Shown: piece by piece, positions 28,603 through 37,143 of the stretch
How the letters are laid out: every line of letters begins with the position of its first letter
How positions within the stretch are numbered: the stretch's first letter is position 1
Assembly (NCBI GenBank): GCA_045106415.1
Contig: JBGCEP010000001.1
Location: forward strand, 15,522 to 79,521
Length of the DNA stretch: 64,000 nucleotides
From: Oligoflexales bacterium
GTDB lineage: Bacteria > Bdellovibrionota_B > Oligoflexia > Oligoflexales > Bog-1112
Direction: 5' to 3'
The notes under the pieces: generated by a model
Told to the model about the DNA's origin: nothing
Seen by the model: only the letters and a program-made list of their open reading frames with translations
Databases searched by the model: none
Translations under genes and position numbers: made by a program

Positions 28603-30346
28603 TTTTGTCATAAGGTTTGCGAATGTCAACGGAACAGGGTCGGCAAGTGCAAATCAGTTGGTGGTGAAAACTTTATTTCGTATGGGATGGAACATTGGCG
28701 CTAAAAATATGTTTCCGTCAAATATTCAAGGAATGCCAACGTGGTATGAAGTGAGAATCAGTGACTCAAGTTATACTGCCCGTAAAGGTCGAGTTGATAT
28801 TATGGTCGCGATGAATGGACAAACACTGCAAGCAGATTGTGAACATCTCGATGAGCAGAGCTTTGTTCTTTATGACCCTTTAGGGAAACAGACCCCTGGT
28901 GGTGTTTCCAAAAAAATACCACTTCCGGTATTTGAGTTGGCAAGAAAGCATTTTAAGAACCCAAAGCAACGTGCTTTACTTCAAAATTTGATTTATGTCG
29001 GAGCAATATCAACCCTTGTGCGATTGGATGAAGATATTTTAAAAGATCTTCTCGAGGAACAATACCGGTCTCGGCCAGACTTACTGCCACTCAATGAGAA
29101 AGCTCTTTTATTAGGAAAGTCCTATGTGCAAGAGCATGTTCAAGATTCTTTTCCTTATTTTGTAAAGATGAGAGATCGGGATCATTCGATTTTAATCAAT
29201 GGAAATGAAGCGGCGGCATTAGGAGCTGTGACAGCTGGTGCAACTGTGGCAGCTTGGTATCCTATTACTCCATCAACATCGGTCATGGATGCTTTTCGAA
29301 AATATTGTTCTATGTTTCGACAAACTTCAGATGGAGTGGCGGCAGCTATTATGCAGTCAGAAGATGAAATTTCAGCGATAGGGATGGTGCTAGGCGCAAA
29401 CTGGATGGGAGCAAGAGCTTTTACCGCGACGAGCGGGCCTGGCATCTCGTTGATGAATGAATTTTTAGGGTACGCTTATTACGCGGAAATACCTTCTGTA
29501 GTGTTAAATATTCAAAGATGTGGGCCATCGACTGGCATGCCGACACGAAACCAACAGGCTGATATTTTATCCTGTGCCTACGCGTCTCATGGAGATACAG
29601 AGCATTTACTCTTCTTTCCTGCTACTCCATCTGAATGCTATACGATGACTTATCAAGCTTTTGATTTTGCAGATCGCTTTCAAACTCCAGTCTTTCTTAT
29701 GTCGGATTTGGAACTTGGTATGAACGAATATTGTGAGCCCCCATTGCCAGTGCTTGCAAGTGGTTCAAAAGGAAAAGTTTTGAATGATACGCAGTTGATG
29801 CAGCTTGAGCATTATCATCGTTATGAAGATATTGATGGTGATGGAATTCCCTGGAGAACCTTACCTGGAAGTCATCCTAAAGGTGCAAATTTAACTCGAG
29901 GGTCGGGGCACGATAAATTTGGTCGTTATACTGAGAATGGCCTTTTATACCAAGAAAACTTAGATAGAATTTCAAAAAAATTTGAACAAGCCGCGCAAGA
30001 ACTCCCTGAGCCTGAATGTGTAGAGTGTGGAAAGATTGGGTTGGTTTATTTTGGATCCACGACAGAAGTTATTAGAGAGGTCGTCGACGCTTTTGCTTTA
30101 GAAGGAGTCTTTTTATCATGTTTACGTGTAAAGGCATTTCCTTTTCATAGAAAAGTATATGAAGAACTTGAAAAATGGGAATATGGAATTGTTATAGAAC
30201 AAAATAGAGATGGGCAAATGAGGCGTCTGCTCATTCAAAACGGTGAAGTCGAAAGTACACAACTTCGTTCTCTACGAGTGTATGATGGGCTGCCACTCAC
30301 AGCGCAGAACATTATTGCGAAGATTCAAGATCTTATTGAGGTGTAA
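28592..30346 (+). CDS. korA: 2-oxoacid:acceptor oxidoreductase alpha subunit (gamma-alpha fusion)
   Basis: NVNGTGSASAN, YPITPSTS, TATSGPG, QRCGPSTGMPT. Confidence 0.9.
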   Translation: MKTDFVIRFANVNGTGSASANQLVVKTLFRMGWNIGAKNMFPSNIQGMPTWYEVRISDSSYTARKGRVDIMVAMNGQTLQADCEHLDEQSFVLYDPLGKQTPGGVSKKIPLPVFELARKHFKNPKQRALLQNLIYVGAISTLVRLDEDILKDLLEEQYRSRPDLLPLNEKALLLGKSYVQEHVQDSFPYFVKMRDRDHSILINGNEAAALGAVTAGATVAAWYPITPSTSVMDAFRKYCSMFRQTSDGVAAAIMQSEDEISAIGMVLGANWMGARAFTATSGPGISLMNEFLGYAYYAEIPSVVLNIQRCGPSTGMPTRNQQADILSCAYASHGDTEHLLFFPATPSECYTMTYQAFDFADRFQTPVFLMSDLELGMNEYCEPPLPVLASGSKGKVLNDTQLMQLEHYHRYEDIDGDGIPWRTLPGSHPKGANLTRGSGHDKFGRYTENGLLYQENLDRISKKFEQAAQELPEPECVECGKIGLVYFGSTTEVIREVVDAFALEGVFLSCLRVKAFPFHRKVYEELEKWEYGIVIEQNRDGQMRRLLIQNGEVESTQLRSLRVYDGLPLTAQNIIAKIQDLIEV

Positions 30347-30347
30347 A

Positions 30348-31406
30348 ATGTATTCTATGAAGCCACCTAAAATGACGTCGATTGGTGAAAAAATAAATAG
30401 TCTTGGATTGACACTGGATGACTATAAAGGCGCCGTATCAACTTTGTGCGGGGGGTGTGGTCATGACTCTATTACCGCAGCAATTGTTCAAGCATGTTTT
30501 GAGATAGAGCTCAATCCTCAAGAGTTATCTAAGATGAGTGGGATTGGTTGCTCTTCTAAAACCCCAGGTTATTTTTTATCAGGTTCTCACGGGTTTAACT
30601 CTGTTCATGGCCGTATGCCGTCCGTAACAACCGGGGCTTACTTAGCCCATAGCCAGATGAAGTTTTTAGGTGTCTCTGGAGATGGAGATTCGGGATCGAT
30701 TGGGATTGGGCAGTTAATTCATGCAATACGCAGACGTTTGAATATGCTGTATATCGTTGAAAATAATGGTGTTTATGGGTTGACGAAAGGACAGTTTTCC
30801 GCAACGGCAGATGCACAAAGTCAGACTCGAAAAGGTGTGGAGTGTGGTCAAGACCCTATTGATTTAGCTAGAATAGCAATTGAGTGTGGCGCTCCGTTTG
30901 TTGCTAGAAGCTTTTCAGGTGATAAGAAGCAACTTGTTCCTCTTATCCAAGCGGGCCTCTCTGTTCATGGTTTTTCTTTTTTAGATGTCGTGTCTCCTTG
31001 TGTGAGCTTTAATGACCATCAAGGTTCGACAAAAAGTTATCAATACACTAGAAAATCAACTCATGAAGCGACTCATATTCAAGATTATGTTCTCCAAAAA
31101 AATGAAATAAAACACTCCACCCTTGAATTGGAAAAAGGTATTGAGCTTCATGATGGCAGCTTCTTAAGAACAAAAAATTCTGATCAAAGCTATAATATCA
31201 ATGATAAGGCTGCGGCATTTTCTTTTCTTGATCAATGCCGTGAAGAAGGTTGCGTACCGACTGGGCTTATTTATTTTGATTCATCACACCCTAAGTGTTG
31301 GCATGACTTTAATAAAACTGTTGTGAAACCCTTAAGAGACTTTACTTTGAAAGAGCTCAGCCTTCATGAAAAAAATATGAATGACGTGAATTGTTTGTTC
31401 CGTTGA
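30348..31406 (+). CDS. korB: 2-oxoacid:ferredoxin oxidoreductase beta subunit
   Basis: LCGGCGH, SGIGCSSK, HGR, GDGD...NNGVYGLTKGQFS TPP motif. Confidence 0.92.
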   Translation: MYSMKPPKMTSIGEKINSLGLTLDDYKGAVSTLCGGCGHDSITAAIVQACFEIELNPQELSKMSGIGCSSKTPGYFLSGSHGFNSVHGRMPSVTTGAYLAHSQMKFLGVSGDGDSGSIGIGQLIHAIRRRLNMLYIVENNGVYGLTKGQFSATADAQSQTRKGVECGQDPIDLARIAIECGAPFVARSFSGDKKQLVPLIQAGLSVHGFSFLDVVSPCVSFNDHQGSTKSYQYTRKSTHEATHIQDYVLQKNEIKHSTLELEKGIELHDGSFLRTKNSDQSYNINDKAAAFSFLDQCREEGCVPTGLIYFDSSHPKCWHDFNKTVVKPLRDFTLKELSLHEKNMNDVNCLFR

Positions 31407-31776
31407 ATGTTTTTTTAGTTTTCAGATGTGTGATATTAAAATGCATTAAACCATTATTTTTTTATACACTAGAGCTGATTTAAAAATTCATCAAATTATC
31501 GATTTAATTTGGATTTGAGGTAGGATAAGAAACAACTCTAACGGTAAATAATATTACTTTATAGGTTATAAACTGGATATAGGAACAATTGACGGAGATA
31601 TCCTAGTCTCTGCAGTTCTGAGGCTTGCTTCATTCTCATGACTATGCCCTCTTGGAAGAGATGACACTCCAGAGGCATCAATAGTCTTTATTCATTTTCA
31701 GGACGTGTGTAAACAATCATTTGAAAGGTGCGCTTGAAAGGAAAGAACTGTGAGAGTAAAGGAAGGCAAGAAAGTC

Positions 31777-31836
31777 ATGATGTCATTAAGCTTAGGTTTG
31801 CTTACTATAGTCTTTCAACAGTTCATGAAGCTTTAA
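31777..31836 (+). CDS. Candidate 19-aa hydrophobic peptide
   Basis: MMSLSLGLLTIVFQQFMKL* after a purine-rich AAGGAAGG element in a structured intergenic region. Confidence 0.25.
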   Translation: MMSLSLGLLTIVFQQFMKL

Positions 31837-32194
31837 GCTTCTGATTGAATCGGCCATCTTTTTAGTGGTCGATGCTTCTAAATCACTCAAAAAGAAGGAG
31901 TGCTTTTCATGTCGATGAAAATTGATCGATAAGAGGTTAATATTTTTCTGGCACGTCTGTGGATTCAAAGCATTTTTAAATCAGTTCCTACTCCTATAAA
32001 GTAGATAAAATGGTATGCAGTTAATAGTCGTATTGAAAGTGTTTACTATATACATAAGCGCGAACAGTAGTTTTTTGTTGAGATGAAGACGAAATTTTAG
32101 TTTTTTTGAAAAAAATTAAAATTGTCAGCTGCGTTTTTTTCTATTTACGTGTAAGATCTCCAAAGCTAACTAGCAAGTCGAATGAGGAGATGTT

Positions 32195-33205
32195 ATGACA
32201 GTGAAAGTTGGTATAAATGGTTTTGGTCGAATTGGGCGTTTAATCTTTAGGGCCATCCAAAATAATAGCCATCCTGATATTGAAGTTGTTCATATTAATG
32301 ACTTGTTGAAACCTGAAGATCTTGCTCATTTGACGAAATACGATTCGGTTCATGGTCGTTTAGATCTTCCTGTTGAAGTTGATGGGAAAAATCTCAAAGT
32401 TGGTGATAAAACTGTGACATTATCATCTATTAAAAATCCTTCTGAATTACCTTGGAAGGAAAGAAATGTTGATATTGCTTTTGAGTGCACAGGCTTGTTT
32501 ACAAAAAGAGAGGGTGCAGATCTTCACCTCAAAGCAGGTGCTAAAAAAGTGATGATATCAGCTCCAGCTTCTGGTGAAGATAAAACGGTTGTCTATGGTG
32601 TAAACCATGAGCAATTGACTGCCGAAGACAGTGTGGTTTCAAATGGATCTTGTACAACAAACTGCTTGGCTCCTGTAGCAAAAGTGCTACATGAGAAGTT
32701 TGGTGTTGAATTTGGTTCTATGACAACCGTCCACTCTTATACAAATGATCAACGAGTTTTAGATGTTGGGCATTCAGATATGAGAAGAGCTCGTGCCGCT
32801 GCTGTTAATATGATTCCAACCTCAACAGGTGCTGCCAAAGCAATCGGACTTGTACTTCCTGAGTTAGCTGGGAAAATTGATGGTTTAGCAGTGAGGGTCC
32901 CGACCCCAAATGTTTCATTGGTCGATGTCACATTTATGGTTAAAAAATCTGTAACACCTGAACAAGTCAATCAAGCTTTAAAAGAAGCTTCGGAAGGTTC
33001 TTTAAAAGGGATTTTAGGTTATACCGAAGAGCCTCTGGTCTCTTCAGATTTTAATGGGGATAAGCGCTCATCTATTGTTGATGCAAGCATGACGAAAGTA
33101 ACCGGTGGAAATATGGTTAAAATATTATCATGGTATGACAATGAAACAGGTTTTAGTCATCGTATGTTAGATGTTACTAATTATATGAAAAAGTTTTTAT
33201 CTTAA
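32195..33205 (+). CDS. gap: Type I glyceraldehyde-3-phosphate dehydrogenase
   Basis: GINGFGRIGR, SNGSCTTNCLAP, WYDNE. Confidence 0.98.
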   Translation: MTVKVGINGFGRIGRLIFRAIQNNSHPDIEVVHINDLLKPEDLAHLTKYDSVHGRLDLPVEVDGKNLKVGDKTVTLSSIKNPSELPWKERNVDIAFECTGLFTKREGADLHLKAGAKKVMISAPASGEDKTVVYGVNHEQLTAEDSVVSNGSCTTNCLAPVAKVLHEKFGVEFGSMTTVHSYTNDQRVLDVGHSDMRRARAAAVNMIPTSTGAAKAIGLVLPELAGKIDGLAVRVPTPNVSLVDVTFMVKKSVTPEQVNQALKEASEGSLKGILGYTEEPLVSSDFNGDKRSSIVDASMTKVTGGNMVKILSWYDNETGFSHRMLDVTNYMKKFLS

Positions 33206-33299
33206 TTAATAAATTTGATTTTATTGGTCATAATGATGAATCCGTTGTTTTTTTTAAAGCATTATGATAAACGACCTTGATGGAATGGGCGGAGGCAAA

Positions 33300-33707
33300 A
33301 TGCCAGAATTAAAAAAGCCAGTAACGCTTACAAGAAAAGAAGTCATAGAGATGTTAGAGAAGTCTCGTGACCTTAGAGGTTTAGATATCCGAAAAGCGAA
33401 TCTAATGAAGTTAGATTTTCGAGGATGTGATCTCCGTGGTACAAATTTTTCGTATTCAAATCTTCGAGATGCGAATTTTCGAGATGCTGATATGAGAGAT
33501 AGTTCTTTATGGAACGCTAACCTTGAAGGAGCCGACTTAAGTGGCGCTGATCTTGAGGGCGCAGATATGGATTATTCTAAGCTGCGAGGTGCTAATTTGC
33601 ATCGTGCAAATGTTAGAAGAGCTTCTTTGCCTACAGAACTTGTGCCAAGAGAAGACATTGTAAAGTCTGTGAAAGAAGGTTGTGCGATAGGTCGGACACT
33701 TTCTTGA
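33300..33707 (+). CDS. Pentapeptide-repeat protein
   Basis: Tandem A[DN]Lxx repeats. GGAGG SD before ATG 33300. Confidence 0.88.
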   Translation: MPELKKPVTLTRKEVIEMLEKSRDLRGLDIRKANLMKLDFRGCDLRGTNFSYSNLRDANFRDADMRDSSLWNANLEGADLSGADLEGADMDYSKLRGANLHRANVRRASLPTELVPREDIVKSVKEGCAIGRTLS

Positions 33708-33738
33708 TTCGGTATGGTTATAGTGAATATTTTTTTAA

Positions 33739-33771
33739 GCGCCATACCTGATAAAGGTGTGGCGTTTTTTT
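33739..33771 (+). terminator. Rho-independent terminator
   Basis: GCGCCATACCT-gataa-AGGTGTGGCGT followed by a T-tract. Confidence 0.8.
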
Positions 33772-33854
33772 ATGAATGAGAAGCTTAGGAATTTCTCATC
33801 ATAAAGCGTTATGATCATTGAGTTGTACTTTCGCAAAATGGGATTGGGAGTCGT

Positions 33855-34763
33855 ATGTTTCGTTTTATTCGTCCTTTGTTTTATATGTTGTTGGTCAATA
33901 TATTAATTATGGTGATGATCAATATTATTCTCGGTGCTTTGGGTGTAAGCCCAAGTATGGGTGGATACGGTCGTCCTGTACAGTATGAGTCTCTGCTTAT
34001 TTTCTGCTTTGTTTGGGGAATTGCTGGGGCTTTTATTTCATTGCAAATGTCACGGTGGCTGGCAAAAAGAATGCATGGTTTAGAAATGGTGGATGAAAAT
34101 CACCGTTATTCTGCTTTGTGTCGTAGGGTTCATGATTTAGCGACTCGAGCGGGTCTTCCTGCTATGCCTGAGGTGGCAGTGTATGAGAGTCCTGAAGTGA
34201 ATGCCTTTGCAACAGGGCCTTCTAGGAGTCGTTCATTAGTGGCTGTGTCGACAGGGTTATTGAGGCAAATGGATGCTAAGGAAGTTGATGGAGTGCTTGC
34301 TCATGAAGTCTCTCATATTGCTAACGGTGATATGGTTGTCATGACTCTTGTTCAAGGCGTTGTGAACGCATTTGTTATGTTTTTTGCACGTGTCGCTACT
34401 TTATTTTTAGATCAAATGCTTCGTGGGGATGACCGAGAAGAAGGTGGTGGTCTTGGCTATTTTGGTTCTATTATGGTGAACCAACTTCTTCATGTTGTTT
34501 TTGGCTTGTTGTCTTATCCGCTTGTGGCTTGGGTTTCTCGCCAAAGAGAGTATCGAGCTGACGCTGGTGGTGCGAGTCTAGCAGGTCCAGGGAGCATGGT
34601 CGCAGCTTTAGAGCGGTTAAAACAGTCATACCCGAGCTTAGAATCTCGCGAGGCGTCGACGCAGGTGATGAATATATCTGGTCGTTTGAGCTCTTGGAGT
34701 GAATTGATGTCGACGCATCCAAGTCTTGATGATCGTATTGCACGGCTCCGGCGCCAACTTTAG
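33855..34763 (+). CDS. htpX: Membrane zinc protease HtpX
   Basis: NAFATG, VAVSTGLL, AHEVSHIANGDMV, SRQREYRAD, STHPSL. Confidence 0.95.
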   Translation: MFRFIRPLFYMLLVNILIMVMINIILGALGVSPSMGGYGRPVQYESLLIFCFVWGIAGAFISLQMSRWLAKRMHGLEMVDENHRYSALCRRVHDLATRAGLPAMPEVAVYESPEVNAFATGPSRSRSLVAVSTGLLRQMDAKEVDGVLAHEVSHIANGDMVVMTLVQGVVNAFVMFFARVATLFLDQMLRGDDREEGGGLGYFGSIMVNQLLHVVFGLLSYPLVAWVSRQREYRADAGGASLAGPGSMVAALERLKQSYPSLESREASTQVMNISGRLSSWSELMSTHPSLDDRIARLRRQL

Positions 34764-35608
34764 TCAAGTGTGGTTGTTGTTGTGTTTTGAGAGAGATAGC
34801 TGATGAGTTTGTCCTCATCGCTATCTCCGCTTTGTCCGTCAATTTCAGTTAGAATTGCATTGATTTTTGCTGCTCCATCCGCAGTTTCTGATGAATTTCC
34901 AACTCCGTTTGAAGAAGACATGGCAGCAGAGGCTGCTCTTAATTGATTTAAAATAGACCCTGATGACCCACTCCCTTGAAGAGCAAGAACTTCAGAAGCA
35001 GATATTTCTCCATCAGCATTCAAGTCTAGAGCTTTTGTCACAAGAGAAACGCTTGAGGTGAGAAAAATCGCCTCTTTATAACTGTCAGACTCAGAGTAAT
35101 TTATAGATTCAATCGACTGTAAGAGCATAATGGAAACGTCGAGACCTAAGATGTTGTCCGCTGTGGCTGCCGGTAGTATAGGGAAAAGCTTCGTAACATC
35201 GTTTCCAGTTGAGCTCGTTGCTGTCGCGCTCTCCTCTGAATCAGAGCGTGCAAGCGTGAGTGCAACATCAAGTGGGTCAATTCCATGGAGTTGAGCGTGG
35301 GCACTTGATAGCATCGAAATAACTTCAAAAATGTGTTTAACATCGCCTTCTCCTTGAAGGCGGTACATCTCTGTTGTGAGGCTAGTTTTAGTGGTGCTAA
35401 GGCTTGTATTTGTGTCTATAGCGTTATAGATAGATGTGTAATCACTTCCTAAGGCACCTAGAAGGATTTCGATAGCGGCTCCTGCTTCTTGTGCTTCGAG
35501 TCGTAATGCTGCCTGAGCGGCTGCGTTATTAGGTTCTAGAGCTTTGAAGGAATTGACTCCGCATCCTTGAGTTATTGTGAATAACATGAGAAAAGTCAGA
35601 TTTTTCAT
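34760..35608 (-). CDS. Helical lipoprotein with EF-hand loop
   Basis: Lipobox TQGC; DLNADGEISASE. Confidence 0.65.
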   Translation of the reverse strand: MKNLTFLMLFTITQGCGVNSFKALEPNNAAAQAALRLEAQEAGAAIEILLGALGSDYTSIYNAIDTNTSLSTTKTSLTTEMYRLQGEGDVKHIFEVISMLSSAHAQLHGIDPLDVALTLARSDSEESATATSSTGNDVTKLFPILPAATADNILGLDVSIMLLQSIESINYSESDSYKEAIFLTSSVSLVTKALDLNADGEISASEVLALQGSGSSGSILNQLRAASAAMSSSNGVGNSSETADGAAKINAILTEIDGQSGDSDEDKLISYLSQNTTTTTLD

Positions 35609-36730
35609 TTAAATTCCTAGTGAAATTTTTGCGTAATATCGAGAGTCAGGCCGAATACCTGCTTGTTCGCCGAATTCTTCAGAGTATCCACCTAAATCAA
35701 GTCGAAGAACCCTTGTGTCAATATAAAAACCAAACGTTGGATACCCTTGATTTAATCCACTCATAAATCCAAAAGAATCTTTTAATGTGAGCTCTGTTCC
35801 AATGTGGAGCTTTTTAGCAAGTGTGTGTCCTGTGGCGCCGAGGATGTCGTGAATATCTAAAAGCATTTTAAATTTACTGAGCTTTGTTCCTGGGACCATA
35901 GCAAACCCAAGATTGACAGTTTGTTTTGCATCTTTCAACGGGCGCTCAGACCGAGGTAATTCTGTGGGTTGAGTTGGAGTCCAGCGAGTGTTACCAGCAT
36001 TTTTTATTGTGACGCCAAAGCCTAAAGGAGTTCGGCCTCTTGTTCGGTACATAAACCCTAAATCAACGCTGCTTCCTGTGCCAACCATAGCTAAGTCACC
36101 ACCTTGGAGTTGTTGAATCCTGTCTGCTTCAGTTGCGTTCGCGTAGAGTCCACCCTCTGTTCGTTGTGTATATTTTCCTGTGAGGCCTACAAACATGGTT
36201 TTTGATCCTAAAAAGCTTGATGCTAATGTGAAAGTAGCCCCAGCCTCAGCGAAAGCATGCCCGTAAATAGTCTCAAAACCTCCTTGCGACCAATCTTTTG
36301 CTAATAAAATAGAATTCTCATTATGGATATAAGCGCCAAACGCAGATTTTCGGAGTATAATTCCAGTGAAATTCGTTACGCTAGAGTGTTGGACTTTTCC
36401 TGAGTTTTGACGAAGTGTGTCTGTAGGGTTTTTATCTTGCAGGCCAATCTGTTTTGCTACGTCACGTGTTGCTGTTGACACCTGTAGAAGCGGTGAAGCA
36501 AGAACGAATCGTTTGAATATCCCTTTTCCAACGGCAATACCCGCAGGATTGTAAAAAATTGCCTCTTCATCATCAGCGAGTGCGATTCCTGTGTCACCAC
36601 GGCCTAAAAAGTATCCACTCCTATAAACATAGGGGTATTCGCTAGGGCCTGCAAAAAGAGGTGATGCAAATGTAAATAAAAACAAGTACAGCTGTTTTTT
36701 AATTGTGGCCCTGAGAGTGAAAAGTCTCAT
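35609..36730 (-). CDS. TraF-like/FadL-superfamily outer-membrane beta-barrel
   Basis: LGRGDTGIA...AIFYNPAGIA N-terminal motif; amphipathic strands; LHIGTE, GLNQGYPTFG. Confidence 0.75.
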   Translation of the reverse strand: MRLFTLRATIKKQLYLFLFTFASPLFAGPSEYPYVYRSGYFLGRGDTGIALADDEEAIFYNPAGIAVGKGIFKRFVLASPLLQVSTATRDVAKQIGLQDKNPTDTLRQNSGKVQHSSVTNFTGIILRKSAFGAYIHNENSILLAKDWSQGGFETIYGHAFAEAGATFTLASSFLGSKTMFVGLTGKYTQRTEGGLYANATEADRIQQLQGGDLAMVGTGSSVDLGFMYRTRGRTPLGFGVTIKNAGNTRWTPTQPTELPRSERPLKDAKQTVNLGFAMVPGTKLSKFKMLLDIHDILGATGHTLAKKLHIGTELTLKDSFGFMSGLNQGYPTFGFYIDTRVLRLDLGGYSEEFGEQAGIRPDSRYYAKISLGI

Positions 36731-36851
36731 GAAATCTCCTGTGAGATTTTCATCGGATGCATTTCAAAAGAGATCAATTATGGAAATGATATCTCTTGAA
36801 AAATAGAGCTGTAACTCATCGTGTTTTTTGGATGAAGTATGATTTTGTATG

Positions 36852-36880
36852 AAAACGCAAGGCCCCCGTTGAGGGGCCTT
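36852..36880 (-). terminator. Probable terminator hairpin
   Basis: AAGGCCCC-tcaacg-GGGGCCTT followed by GCGTTTT on the minus strand. Confidence 0.55.
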
Positions 36881-37039
36881 ATAATCCCAGCTGCCTAATG
36901 TGGTATGAAATTTTGTGATGATTTTTTGATGAGACTGTACTTGAAGCAAATAACACGGGAAGGAACTGTATGCAGCAGCTGTTCTTATTTGAATAGCTTC
37001 GATCGACGTTTTGGATCAATAGATCTTTGCGTGACCGGA
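36852..37039 (-). ncRNA. Candidate ~190-nt sRNA or leader
   Basis: Lies between a near-consensus sigma70 promoter and a GC hairpin. No credible ORF. Confidence 0.45.
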
Positions 37040-37045
37040 AGGAAT

Positions 37046-37074
37046 GTTGTAGCTTTTTGAGGGTTAAGTGTCAA
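37046..37074 (-). promoter_or_regulatory. Sigma70-type promoter
   Basis: TTGACA-N17-TACAAC with AT-rich upstream sequence. Confidence 0.6.
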
Positions 37075-37109
37075 CCTATTATGAATTTTTTTAAGAATTA
37101 TTTGTTTTC

Positions 37110-37136
37110 CCCAACCACAAGGTGATTGTGGTTGGG
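37110..37136. terminator. Hairpin downstream of the helicase gene
   Basis: CCCAACCACAA-ggtga-TTGTGGTTGGG, an 11-bp perfect stem with no good U-tract. Confidence 0.5.
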
Positions 37137-37143
37137 TGTTGAA

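Noticed and set aside
35609..36730. Conjugative element implied by the TraF-like gene
   Set aside because: No other tra/T4SS, relaxase or integrase genes nearby.
37030..37055. SRP RNA (CCGGAAGGAA resembles helix 8)
   Set aside because: The flanking TCAGG and GCAGC and the long hairpin are absent.
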